Shown: positions 11,801 through 25,955 of the stretch, piece by piece
How the letters are laid out: every line of letters starts with the position of its first letter
How positions within the stretch are numbered: position 1 is the first letter of the stretch
NCBI GenBank assembly: GCA_002189035.1
Contig: NEEC01000242.1
Coordinates: 1 to 38,123, forward strand
DNA length: 38,123 bases
Reading direction: 5' to 3'
Origin: Utricularia gibba
Taxonomy: Eukaryota > Plantae > Magnoliophyta
Program-made: the position numbers and the translations under genes
Notes under the pieces: model-generated
Told to the model about the DNA's origin: nothing
Database searches by the model: none
The model's input: the letters and a program-made list of their open reading frames with translations, nothing else

Positions 11801-14800
11801 TTTTTTAATATGTCCACAGTTATCGGAAAAACGTAACTCCATATGATATTACTTGGAGCACGAATAAAGCTTCCCAATGGTGTGCTATGAAGAGTAAGGC
11901 TCTACATGTTTTCGAAGAGGTGCTTCGTGGACCAGGATGTGCGACATAGTCATTTCATTGCGCATCACCATTCGGGATGCAGCCGAAAAATCACACGTGC
12001 ACCGGATTTGTTAAAAATAAATATTTACGCATATCCTGAGTATACAACAGTGTTGGGATAAGTGATGCCACGAAATTCATGATGTAACATGTGACTTTTT
12101 TCCATCTTGATCGCATATCCGATGAAGTTTGACACCATATGTTTTGGCTGTTGATTGATTCAATTAGTTGCTATGATACTTCTGATTCTTGATGCACCAT
12201 TCCCTTACACCATGTCTCTAGTGGCTATTTGATTCTTTTGCCGTGTATCTTGTTTGCATCAATTTCGAGAACGAGAAGCACATTATTAAACGCAGCCACC
12301 AAGGAAGGACACGGAAGACACTTTTCGTTGTGGTTGTTTTTAATATGTCCACAGTTATCGGAAAAACGTAACTCCATATGATATACTTGGAGCACGAATA
12401 GGCTTCCCAATGGTGTGCTATGAAGAGTAAGGCTCTACATGTTTTGGAAGAGGTGCTTCGTGGACCAGGATGTGCGACATAGTCATTTCATTGCGCATCA
12501 CCATTCGGGTGCAGCCGAAAAATCACACGTGCACCGGATTTGTTAAAAAAAATATTTACGCATATCCTGAGTATACAACAGTGTTGGGATAAGTGATGCC
12601 ACGAAATTCATGATGTAACATGTGACTTTTTTCCATCTTGATCGCATATCCGATGAAGTTTGACACCATATGTTTTGGCTGTTGATTGATTCAATTAGTT
12701 GCTATGATACTTCTGATTCTTGATGCACCATTCCATACACCATGTCTCTAGTGGCTATTTGATTCTTTTGCCGTGTATCTTGTTTGCATCAATTTCGAGA
12801 ACGAGAAGCACATTATTAAACGCAGCCACCAAGGAAGGACACGGAAGACACTTTTCGTTGAGGTTGTTTTTAATATGTCCACAGTTATCGGAAAAACGTA
12901 ACTCCATATGATATTACTTGAGCACGAATAAAGCTTCCCAATGGTGTGCTATGAAGAGTAAGGCTCTACATGTTTTCGAAGAGGTGCTTCGTGGACAGGA
13001 TGTGCGACATAGTCATTTCATTGCGCATCACCATTCGGGATGCAGCCGAAAAATCACACGTGCACCGGATTTGTTAAAAATAAATATTTACGCATATCCT
13101 GAGTATACAACAGTGTTGGGATAAGTGATGCCACGAAATTCATGATGTAACATGTGACTTTTTTCCATCTTGATCGCATATCCGATGAAGTTTGACACCA
13201 TATGTTTTGGCTGTTGATTGATTCAATTAGTTGCTATGATACTTCTGATTCTTGATGCACCATTCCCTTACACCATGTCTCTAGTGGCTATTTGATTCTT
13301 TTGCCGTGTATCCCATTTGCATCAATGTCGAGAACGAGAAGCACATTATTAAACGCAGCCACCAAGGAAGGACACGGAAGACACTTTCGTTGAGGTTGTT
13401 TTTAATATGTCCACAGTTATCGGAAAAACGTAACTCCATATGATATTACTTGGAGCACGAATAAAGCTTCCCAATGGTGTGCTATGAAGAGTAAGGCTCT
13501 ACATGTTTTCGAAGAGGTGCTTCGTGGACCAGGATGTGCGACATAGTCATTTCATTGCGCATCACCATTCGGGATGCAGCCGAAAAATCACACGTGCACC
13601 GGATTTGTTAAAAATAAATATTTACGCATATCCTGAGTATACAACAGTGTTGGGATAAGTGATGCCACGAAATTCATGATGTAACATGTGACTTTTTTCC
13701 ATCTTGATCGCATATCCGATGAAGTTTGACACCATATGTTTTGGCTGTTGATTGATTCAATTAGTTGCTATGATACTTCTGATTCTTGATGCACCATTCC
13801 CTACACCATGTCTCTAGTGGCTATTTGATTCTTTTGCCGTGTATCCCATTTGCATCAATGTCGAGAACGAGAAGCACATTATTAAACGCAGCCACCAAGG
13901 AAGGACACGGAAGACACTTTTCGTTGAGGTTGTTTTTAATATGTCCACAGTTATCGGAAAAACGTAACTCCATATGATATTACTTGGAGCACGAATAAAG
14001 CTTCCCAATGGTGTGCTATGAAGAGTAAGGCTCTACATGTTTTCGAAGAGGTGCTTCGTGGACCAGGATGTGCGACATAGTCATTTCATTGCGCATCACC
14101 ATTCGGGATGCAGCGAAAAATCACACGTGCACCGGATTTGTTAAAAATAAATATTTACGCATATCCTGAGTATACAACAGTGTTGGGATAAGTGATGCCA
14201 CGAAATTCATGATGTAACATGTGACTTTTTTCCATCTTGATCGCATATCCGATGAAGTTTGACACCATATGTTTTGGCTGTTGATTGATTCAATTAGTTG
14301 CTATGATACTTCTGATTCTTGATGCACCATTCCCTTACACCATGTCTCTAGTGGCTATTTGATTCTTTTGCCGTGTATCTTGTTTGCATCAATTTCGAGA
14401 ACGAGAAGCACATTATTAAACGCAGCCACCAAGGAAGGACACGTAAGACACTTTTCGTTGAGGTTTGTTTTAATATGTCCACAGTTATCGGAAAAACGTA
14501 ACTCCATATGATATTACTTGGAGCACGAATAAAGCTTCCAATGGTGTGCTATGAAGAGTAAGGCTCTACATGTTTTCGAAGAGGTGCTTCGTGGACCAGG
14601 ATGTGCGACATAGTCATTTCATTGCGCATCACCATTCGGGATGCAGCCTAAAAAATCACACGTGCACCGGATTTGTTAAAAATAAATATTTACGCATATC
14701 CTGAGTATACAACAGTGTTGGGATAAGTGATGCCACGAAATTCATGATGTAACATGTGACTTTTTTCCATCTTGATCGCATATCCGATGAAGTTTGACAC

Positions 14801-17800
14801 CATATGTTTTGGCTGTTGATTGATTCAATTAGTTGCTATGATACTTCTGATTCTTGATGCACCATTCCCATACACCATGTCTCTAGTGGCTATTTGATTC
14901 TTTTGCCGTGTATCTTTGCATCAATGTCGAGAACGAGAAGCACATTATTAAACGCAGCCACCAAGGAAGGACACGGAAGACACTTTCGTTGAGGTTGTTT
15001 TTAATATGTCCACAGTTATCGGAAAAACGTAACTCCATATGATATTACTTGGAGCACGAATAAAGCTTCCCAATGGTGTGCTATGAAGAGTAAGGCTCTA
15101 CATGTTTTCGAAGAGGTGCTTCGTGGACCAGGATGTGCGACATAGTCATTTCATTGCGCATCACCATTCGGGATGCAGCCGAAAAATCACACGTGCACCG
15201 GATTTGTTAAAAATAAATATTTACGCATATCCTGAGTATACAACAGTGTTGGGATAAGTGATGCCACGAAATTCATGATGTAACATGTGACTTTTTTTCC
15301 ATCTTGATCGCATATCCGATGAAGTTTGACACCATATGTTTTGGCTGTTGATTGATTCAATTAGTTGCTATGATACTTCTGATTCTTGATGCACCATTCC
15401 CTTACACCATGTCTCTAGTGGCTATTTGATTCTTTTGCCGTGTATCCCATTTGCATCAATGTCGAGAACGAGAAGCACATTATTAAACGCAGCCACCAAG
15501 GAAGGACACGGAAGACACTTTCGTTGAGGTTGTTTTTAATATGTCCACAGTTATCGGAAAAACGTAACTCCATATGATATTACTTGGAGCACGAATAAAG
15601 CTTCCCAATGGTGTGCTATGAAGAGTAAGGCTCTACATGTTTTCGAAGAGGTGCTTCGTGGACCAGGATGTGCGACATAGTCATTTCATTGCGCATCACC
15701 ATTCGGGATGCAGCCGAAAAATCACACGTGCACCGGATTTGTTAAAAATAAATATTTACGCATATCCTGAGTATACAACAGTGTTGGGATAAGTGATGCC
15801 ACGAAATTCATGATGTAACATGTGACTTTTTTCCATCTTGATCGCATATCCGATGAAGTTTGACACCATATGTTTTGGCTGTTGATTGATTCAATTAGTT
15901 GCTATGATACTTCTGATTCTTGATGCACCATTCCCTTACACCATGTCTCTAGTGGCTATTTGATTCTTTTGCCGTGTATCCCATTTGCATCAATGTCGAG
16001 AACGAGAAGCACATTATTAAACGCAGCCACCAAGGAAGGACACGGAAGACACTTTCGTTGAGGTTGTTTTTAATATGTCCACAGTTATCGGAAAACGTAA
16101 CTCCATATGATATTACTTGGAGCACGAATAAAGCTTCCCAATGGTGTGCTATGAAGAGTAAGGCTCTACATGTTTTCGAAGAGGTGCTTCGTGGACCAGG
16201 ATGTGCGACATAGTCATTTCATTGCGCATCACCATTCGGGATGCAGCCGAAAAATCACACGTGCACCGGATTTGTTAAAAATAAATATTTACGCATATCC
16301 TGAGTATACAACAGTGTTGGGATAGTGATGCCACGAAATTCATGATGTAACATGTGACTTTTTTCCATCTTGATCGCATATCCGATGAAGTTTGACACCA
16401 TATGTTTTGGCTGTTGATTGATTCAATTAGTTGCTATGATACTTCTGATTCTTGATGCACCATTCCACACCATGTCTCTAGTGGCTATTTGATTCTTTTG
16501 CCGTGTATCCTTTGCATCAATGTCGAGAACGAGAAGCACATTATTAAACGCAGCCACCAAGGAAGGACACGGAAGACACTTTTCGTTGAGGTTTGTTTTA
16601 ATATGTCCACAGTTATCGGAAAACGTAACTCCATATGATATACTTGGAGCACGAATAAAGCTTCCCAATGGTGTGCTATGAAGAGTAGGCTCTACATGTT
16701 TTCGAAGAGGTGCTTCGTGGACCAGGATGTGCGACATAGTCATTTCATTGCGCATCACCATTCGGGATGCAGCCTAAAATCACACGTGCACTGGATTTGT
16801 TAAAAATAAATATTTACGCATATCCTGAGTATACAACAGTGTTGGGATAAGTGATGCCACGAAATTCATGATGTAACATGTGACTTTTTTCCATCTTGAT
16901 CGCATATCCGATGAAGTTTGACACCATATGTTTTGGCTGTTGATTGATTCAATTAGTTGCCATGATACTTCTGATTCTTGATGCACCATTCCCATACACC
17001 ATGTCTCTAGTGGCTATTTGATTCTTTTGCCGTGTATCTTGTTTGCATCAATTCGAGAACGAGAAGCACATATTAAACGCAGCCACCAAGGAAGGACACG
17101 GAAGACACTTTTCGTTGAGGTTGTTTTTTAATATGTCCACAGTTATCGGAAAAACGTAACTCCATATGATATTACTTGAAGCACGAATAAAGCTTCCCAA
17201 TGGTGTGCTATGAAAGAGTAAGGCTCTACATGTTTTCGAAGAGGTGCTTCGTGGACCAGGATGTGCGACATAGTCATTTCATTGCGCATCACCATTCGGG
17301 ATGCAGCCGAAAAATCACACGTGCACCGGATTTGTTAAAAATAAATATTTACGCATATCCTGAGTATACAACAGTGTTGGGATAAGTGATGCCAAAATTC
17401 ATGATGTAACATGTGACTTTTTTCCATCTTGATCGCATATCCGATGAAGTTTGACACCATATGTTTTGGCTGTTGATTGATTTCAATTAGTTGCCATGAT
17501 ACTTCTGATTCTTGATGCACCATTCCCATACACCATGTCTCTAGTGGCTATTTGATTCTTTTGCCGTGTATCTTTGCATCAATTTCGAGAACGAGAAGCA
17601 CAATATTAAACGCAGGGAAGGACACGTAAGACACTTTTCGTTGTGGTTTGTTTTTAATATGTCCACAGTTATCGGACAAACGAAACTCCAAATTATACTA
17701 CTTGGAGCTCGAATCGGGCTTCCCAATGGTGTGCTATGAAGAGTTAGGATCTGCATGTTTTGGAAGAGGTGCTTCGTGGACCAGGATGTGCGATAGTCAT

Positions 17801-20800
17801 TTCATTGCGCATCACCATTCGGGGTGCAGCCTAAAAATCACACGTGCACTGGATTCGTTAAAAGTAAACATTTTTGCGTACCTGGAGTATAATAGTGTTG
17901 GGATAAGTGATGCCGAAATTCATGATGTAACATGTGACTTTTTTCCATCTTGATCGCATATCCGATGAAGTTTGACACCATATGTTTGTTGATTGATGCA
18001 ATTAGTTGCTATGATACTTCTGATTCTTGATGCACCATTCCATACACCATGTCTCTAGTGGCTATTTGATTCTTTTGCCGTGTATCTTTGCATCAATTTC
18101 GAGAACGAGAAGCACAATATTAAACGCAGCCACAAGGAAGGCGTAAGACACTTTTCGTTGTGGTTTGTTTTTAATATGTCCAAGTTATGGGAAACGAACT
18201 CCAAATTATACTACTTGGAGCGAATCGGGCTTCCCAATGGTGTGCTATGAAGAGTTAGGATCTGCATGTTTTGGAAGAGGTGCTTCGTGGACCAGGATGT
18301 GCGACCTAGTCATTTCATTGCGCATCACCATTCGGGGTGCAGCCTAAAAATCACACGTGCACTGGATTCGTTAAAAATAAATATTTTGCATACCTGAGTA
18401 TAATAGTGTTGGGATAAGTGATGCCACGAAATTCATGATGTAACATGTGACTTTTTCCATCTTGATCGCATATCCGATGAAGTTTGACACCATATGTTTT
18501 GGCTGTTGATTGATTCAATTAGTTGCCATGATACTTCTGATTCTTGATGCACCATTCCATACACCATGTCTCTAGTGGCTATTTGATTCTTTTGCCGTGT
18601 ATCTTTTGCAATTTCGAGAACGAGAAGCACATATTAAACGCAGCCACCAAGGAAGGACACGTAAGACACTTTTCGTTGTGGTTTGTTTTTAATATGTCCA
18701 CAGTTATCGGACAAACGAAACTCCAAATTATACTACTTGGAGCTCGAATCGGGCTTCCCAATGGTGTGCTATGAAGAGTTAGGATCTGCATGTTTTGGAA
18801 GAGGTGCTTCGTGGACCAGGATGTGCGACCTAGTCATTTCATTGCGCATCACCATTCGGGGTGCAGCCTAAAAATCACACGTTGGATTCGTTAAAAGTAA
18901 ACATTTTTGCGTACCTGGTGTATAATAGTGTTGGGATAAGTGATGCCACGAAATTCATGATGTAACATGTGACTTTTTTCCATCTTGATCGCATATCCGA
19001 TGAAGTTTGACACCATATGTTTTGGCTGTTGATTGATTCAATTAGTTGCCATGATACTTCTGATTCTTGATGCACATTCCCATACACCATGTCTCTAGTG
19101 GCTATTTGATTCTTTTGCCGTGTATCTTGTTTGCATCAATTTCGAGAACGAGAAGCACAATATTAAACGCAGCCACCAAGGAAGGACACGTAAGACACTT
19201 TTCGTTGTGGTTTGTTTTTAATATGTCCACAGTTATCGGACAAACGAAACTCCAAATTATACTACTTGGAGCTCGAATCGGGCTTCCCAATGGTGTGCTA
19301 TGAAGAGTTAGGATCTGCATGTTTTGGAAGAGGTGCTTCGTGGACCAGGATGTGCGACCTAGTCATTTCATTGCGCATCACCATTCGGGTGCAGCCTAAA
19401 AATCACACGTGCACTGGATTCGTTAAAAGTAAACATTTTTGCGTACCTGGTGTATAATAGTGTTGGGATAAGTGATGCCACGAAATTCATGATGTAACAT
19501 GTGACTTTTTTCCATCTTGTCGCATCCGATGAAGTTTGACACATATGTTTTGGCTGTTGATTGATGCAATTAGTTGCTATGATACTTCTGATTCTTGATG
19601 CACCATTCCCATACACCATGTCTCTAGTGGCTATTTGATTCTTTTGCCGTGTATCTTGTTTGCATCAATTTCGAGAACGAGAAGCACATTATTAAACGCA
19701 GCCACCAAGGAAGGACACGTAAGACTTTTCGTTGTGGTTTGTTTTTAATATGTCCAAGTTATGGACAAACTCCAAATTATACTACTTGGAGCTCGAATCG
19801 GGCTTCCCAATGGTGTGCTATGAAGAGTTAGGATCTGCATGTTTTGGAAGAGGTGCTTCGTGGACCAGGATGTGCGACCTAGTCATTTCATTGCGCATCA
19901 CCATTCGGGGTGCAGCCTAAAAATCACACGTGCACTGGATTCGTTAAAAGTAAACATTTTTGCGTACCTGGAGTATAAGTGTTGGGATAAGTGATGCCAC
20001 GAAATTCATGATGTAACATGTGACTTTTTTCCATCTTGATCGCATATCCGATGAAGTTTGACACCATATGTTTTGGCTGTTGATTGATGCAATTAGTTGC
20101 TATGATACTTCTGATTCTTGATGCACCATTCCCATACACCATGTCTCTAGTGGCTATTTGATTCTTTTCCGTGTATCTTTGCATCAATTTCGAGAACGAG
20201 AAGCACATATTAAACGCAGCCACCAAGGAAGGACACGTAAGACACTTTTCGTTGTGGTTTGTTTTTAATATGTCCACAGTTATCGGACAAACGAAACTCC
20301 AAATTATACTACTTGGAGCTCGAATCGGGCTTCCCAATGGTGTGCTATGAAGAGTTAGGATCTGCATGTTTTGGAAGAGGTGCTTCGTGGACCAGGATGT
20401 GCGATAGTCATTTCATTGCGCATCACCATTCGGGGTGCAGCCTAAAAATCACACGTGCACTGGATTCGTTAAAAGTAAACATTTTTGCGTACCTGGTGTA
20501 TAATAGTGTTGGGATAAGTGATGCCACGAAATTCATGATGTAACATGTGACTTTTTTCCATCTTGATCGCATATCCGATGAAGTTTGACACCATATGTTT
20601 TGGCTGTTGATTGATGCAATTAGTTGCTATGATACTTCTGATTCTTGATGTCTCTAGTGGCTATTTGATTCTTTTGCCGTGTATCTTTGCATCAATTTCG
20701 AGAACGAGAAGCACAATATTAAACGCAGCCACCAAGGAAGGACACGTAAGACACTTTTCGTTGTGGTTTGTTTTTAATATGTCCACAGTTATCGGACAAA

Positions 20801-23800
20801 CGAAACTCCAAATTATACTACTTGGAGCTCGAATCGGGCTTCCCAATGGTGTGCTATGAAGAGTTAGGATCTGCATGTTTTGGAAGAGGTGCTTCGTGGA
20901 CCAGGATGTGCGACCTAGTCATTTCATTGCGCATCACCATTCGGGGTGCAGCCTAAAAATCACACGTGCACTGGATTCGTTAAAAGTAAACATTTTTGCG
21001 TACCTGGTGTATAATAGTGTTGGGATAAGTGATGCCACGAAATTCATGATGTAACATGTGACTTTTTTCCATCTTGATCGCATATCCGATGAAGTTTGAC
21101 ACCATATGTTTTGGCTGTTGATTGATGCAATTAGTTGCTATGATACTTCTGATTCTTGATGCACCATTCCCTTACACATGTCTCTAGTGGTTATTTGATT
21201 CTTTTGCCGTGTATCCTTTGCATCAATTTCGAGAACGAGAAGCACATTATTAAACGCAGCCACCAAGGAAGGACACGTAAGACACTTTTCGTTGTGGTTT
21301 GTTTTTAATATGTCCACAGTTATGGGACAAACGAACTCCAAATTATACTACTTGGAGCACGAATAGGGCTTCCCAATGGTGTGCTATGAAGAGTTAGGAT
21401 CTGCATGTTTTGGAAGAGGTGCTTCGTGGACCAGGATGTGCGACCTAGTCATTTCATTGCGCATCACCATTCGGGGTGCAGCCTAAAAATCACACGTGCA
21501 CTGGATTCGTTAAAAGTAAACATTTTTGCGTACCTGGAGTATAATAGTGTTGGGATAAGTGATGCCACGAAATTCATGATGTAACATGTGACTTTTTTCC
21601 ATCTTGATCGCATATCCGATGAAGTTTGACACCATATGTTTTGGCTGTTGATTGATTCAATTAGTTGCCATGATACTTCTGATTCTTGATGCACCATTCC
21701 CATACACCATGTCTCTAGTGGCTATTTGATTCTTTTGCCGTGTATCTTTGCATCAATTTCGAGAACGAGAAGCACAATATTAAACGCAGCCACCAAGGAA
21801 GGACACGTAAGACACTTTTCGTTGTGGTTTGTTTTTAATATGTCCACAGTTATCGGACAAACGAAACTCCAAATTATACTACTTGGAGCTCGAATCGGGC
21901 TTCCCAATGGTGTGCTATGAAGAGTTAGGATCTGCATGTTTTGGAAGAGGTGCTTCGTGGACCAGGATGTGCGACATAGTCATTTCATTGCGCATCACCA
22001 TTCGGGGTGCAGCCTAAAAATCACACGTGCACTGGATTCGTTAAAAGTAAACATTTTTGCGTACCTGGAGTATAATAGTGTTGGGATAAGTGATGCCACG
22101 AAATTCATGATGTAACATGTGACTTTTTTCCATCTTGATCGCATATCCGATGAAGTTTGACACCATATGTTTTGGCTGTTGATTGATTCAATTAGTTGCC
22201 ATGATACTTCTGATTCTTGATGCACCATTCCCATACACCATGTCTCTAGTGGCTATTTGATTCTTTTGCCGTGTATCTTGTTTGCATCAATTTCGAGAAC
22301 GAGAAGCACAATATTAAACGCAGCCACCAAGGAAGGACACGTAAGACACTTTTCGTTGTGGTTTGTTTTTAATATGTCCACAGTTATCGGACAAACGAAA
22401 CTCCAAATTATACTACTTGGAGCTCGAATCGGGCTTCCCAATGGTGTGCTATGAAGAGTTAGGATCTGCATGTTTTGGAAGAGGTGCTTCGTGGACCAGG
22501 ATGTGCGACCTAGTCATTTCATTGCGCATCACCATTCGGGTGCAGCCTAAAAATCACACGTGCACTGGATTCGTTAAAAGTAAACATTTTTGCGTACCTG
22601 GTGTATAAAGTGTTGGGATAAGTGATGCCACGAAATTCATGATGTAACATGTGACTTTTTTCCATCTTGATCGCATATCCGATGAAGTTTGACACCATAT
22701 GTTTTGGCTGTTGATTGATGCAATTAGTTGCTATGATACTTCTGATTCTTGATGCACCATTCCCTTACACCATGTCTCTAGTGGCTATTTGATTCTTTTG
22801 CCGTGTATCTTGTTTGCATCAATTTCGAGAACGAGAAGCACAATATTAAACGCAGCCACCAAGGAAGGACACGTAAGACACTTTTCGTTGTGGTTTGTTT
22901 TTAATATGTCCACAGTTATCGGACAAACGAAACTCCAAATTATACTACTTGGAGCTCGAATCGGGCTTCCCAATGGTGTGCTATGAAGAGTTAGGATCTG
23001 CATGTTTTGGAAGAGGTGCTTCGTGGACCAGGATGTGCGACCTAGTCATTTCATTGCGCATCACCATTCGGGTGCAGCCTAAAAATCACACGTGCACTGG
23101 ATTCGTTAAAAGTAAACATTTTTGCGTACCTGGTGTATAATAGTGTTGGGATAAGTGATGCCACGAAATTCATGATGTAACATGTGACTTTTTTCCATCT
23201 TGATCGCATATCCGATGAAGTTTGACACCATATGTTTTGGCTGTTGATTGATTCAATTAGTTGCTATGATACTTCTGATTCTTGATGCACCATTCCCATA
23301 CACCATGTCTCTAGTGGCTATTTGATTCTTTTCCGTGTATCTTGTTGCATCAATTTCGAGAACGAGAAGCACAATATTAAACGCAGCCACCAAGGAAGGA
23401 CACGTAAGACACTTTTCGTTGTGGTTTGTTTTTAATATGTCCACAGTTATCGGACAAACGAAACTCCAAATTATACTACTTGGAGCTCGAATCGGGCTTC
23501 CCAATGGTGTGCTATGAAGAGTTAGGATCTGCATGTTTTGGAAGAGGTGCTTCGTGACCAGGATGTGCGACATAGTCATTTCATTGCGCATCACCATTCG
23601 GGGTGCAGCCTAAAAATCACACGTGCACTGGATTCGTTAAAAGTAAACATTTTTGCGTACCTGGAGTATAATAGTGTTGGGATAAGTGATGCCACGAAAT
23701 TCATGATGTAACATGTGACTTTTTTCCATCTTGATCGCATATCCGATGAAGTTTGACACCATATGTTTTGGCTGTTGATTGATGCAATTAGTTGCTATGA

Positions 23801-25421
23801 TACTTCTGATTCTTGATGCACCATTCCCATACACCATGTCTCTAGTGGCTATTTGATTCTTTTGCCGTGTATCTTTGCATCAATTTCGAGAACGAGAAGC
23901 ACAATATTAAACGCAGCCACCAAGGAAGGACACGTAAGACACTTTTCGTTGTGGTTTGTTTTTAATATGTCCACAGTTATCGGACAAACGAAACTCCAAA
24001 TTATACTACTTGGAGCTCGAATCGGGCTTCCCAATGGTGTGCTATGAAGAGTTAGGATCTGCATGTTTTGGAAGAGGTGCTTCGTGGACCAGGATGTGCG
24101 ACCTAGTCATTTCATTGCGCATCACCATTCGGGGTGCAGCCTAAAAATCACACGTGCACTGGATTCGTTAAAAATAAATATTTTGCATACCTGAGTATAA
24201 ATAGTGTTGGGATAAGTGATGCCACGAAATTCATGATGTAACATGTGACTTTTTTCCATCTTGATCGCATATCCGATGAAGTTTGACACCATATGTTTTG
24301 GCTGTTGATTGATTCAATTAGTTGCTATGATACTTCTGATTCTTGATGCACCATTCCCATACACCATGTCTCTAGTGGCTATTTGATTCTTTTGCCGTGT
24401 ATCTTTTGCATCAATTTCGAGAACGAGAAGCACAATATTAAACGCAGCCACCAAGGAAGGACACGTAAGACACTTTTCGTTGTGGTTTGTTTTTAATATG
24501 TCCACAGTTATCGGACAAACGAAACTCCAAATTATACTACTTGGAGCTCGAATCGGGCTTCCCAATGGTGTGCTATGAAGAGTTAGGATCTGCATGTTTT
24601 GGAAGAGGTGCTTCGTGGACCAGGATGTGCGACATAGTCATTTCATTGCGCATCACCATTCGGGGTGCAGCCTAAAAATCACACGTGCACTGGATTCGTT
24701 AAAAGTAAACATTTTTGCGTACCTGGTTATAATAGTGTTGGGATAAGTGATGCCACGAAATTCATGATGTAACATGTGACTTTTTTCCATCTTGATCGCA
24801 TATCCGATGAAGTTTGACACCATATGTTTTGGCTGTTGATTGATGCAATTAGTTGCTATGATACTTCTGATTCTTGATGCACCATTCCCATACACCATGT
24901 CTCTAGTGGCTATTTGATTCTTTTGCCGTGTATCTTGTTTGCATCAATTTCGAGAACGAGAAGCACAATATTAAACGCAGCCACCAAGGAAGGACACGTA
25001 AGACACTTTTCGTTGTGGTTTGTTTTTAATATGTCCACAGTTATCGGACAAACGAAACTCCAAATTATACTACTTGGAGCTCGAATCGGGCTTCCCAATG
25101 GTGTGCTATGAAGAGTTAGGATCTGCATGTTTTGGAAGAGGTGCTTCGTGGACCAGGATGTGCGACCTAGTCATTTCATTGCGCATCACCATTCGGGGTG
25201 CAGCCTAAAAATCACACGTGCACTGGATTCGTTAAAAGTAAACATTTTTGCGTACCTGGTGTATAATAGTGTTGGGATAAGTGATGCCACGAAATTCATG
25301 ATGTAACATGTGACTTTTTTCCATCTTGATCGCATATCCGATGAAGTTTGACACCATATGTTTTGGCTGTTGATTGATGCAATTAGTTGCCATGATACTT
25401 CTGATTCTTGATGCACCATTC

Positions 25422-25955
25422 CCTTACACCATGTCTCTAGTGGCTATTTGATTCTTTTGCCGTGTATCTTGTTTGCATCAATTTCGAGAACGAGAAGCAC
25501 AATATTAAACGCAGCCACCAAGGAAGGACACGTAAGACACTTTTCGTTGTGGTTTGTTTTTAATATGTCCACAGTTATCGGACAAACGAAACTCCAAATT
25601 ATACTACTTGGAGCTCGAATCGGGCTTCCCAATGGTGTGCTATGAAGAGTTAGGATCTGCATGTTTTGGAAGAGGTGCTTCGTGGACCAGGATGTGCGAC
25701 CTAGTCATTTCATTGCGCATCACCATTCGGGGTGCAGCCTAAAAATCACACGTGCACTGGATTCGTTAAAAGTAAACATTTTTGCGTACCTGGAGTATAA
25801 TAGTGTTGGGATAAGTGATGCCACGAAATTCATGATGTAACATGTGACTTTTTTCCATCTTGATCGCATATCCGATGAAGTTTGACACCATATGTTTTGG
25901 CTGTTGATTGATTCAATTAGTTGCCATGATACTTCTGATTCTTGATGCACCATTC
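25422..25955. repeat. Representative clean type B monomer (534 bp)
   Basis: CC(T/A)TACACC at 25,422 recurs at 25,956, giving 534 bp. It carries the diagnostic B alleles. Confidence 0.93.
25730..25847 (+). pseudogene. Degenerate 5S rRNA-like segment in the type B reference monomer
   Basis: Same segment as 8768-8887. It starts GGGTGC and has TTTTTGCGTAC (closer to the 5S AAGCGTGC than the A version) and AATAGTGTTGGGATAAGTGA, but has GCACTGG where A has GCACCGG. Confidence 0.42.

Larger units (their letters stand above)
1..17560. repeat. Sub-array of monomer type A (535 bp), about 33 copies
   Basis: Diagnostic A alleles: GGAAAAACGTAACTCCATATGATATTAC, GCACGAATAAAGC, GAGTAAGGCTCTAC, TTTTCGAAG, GGGATGCAGCCG, AAAAATAAATATTTACGCATATCCTGAGTATACAAC. 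The last full A-type segment ends near 17,374. The end coordinate is approximate because the switch lies in sequence shared by both types. Confidence 0.95.

Noticed and set aside
25554-25742. B-specific 62-aa ORF in which three stop codons of type A (TGA, TAA, TAA) are sense codons (TTA, TCG, TTA)
   Set aside because: Only about 3 of ~20 A/B codon differences in this frame are synonymous, so there is no sign of purifying selection. B gains its own TAA and a +1 T upstream, and the start is not ATG.
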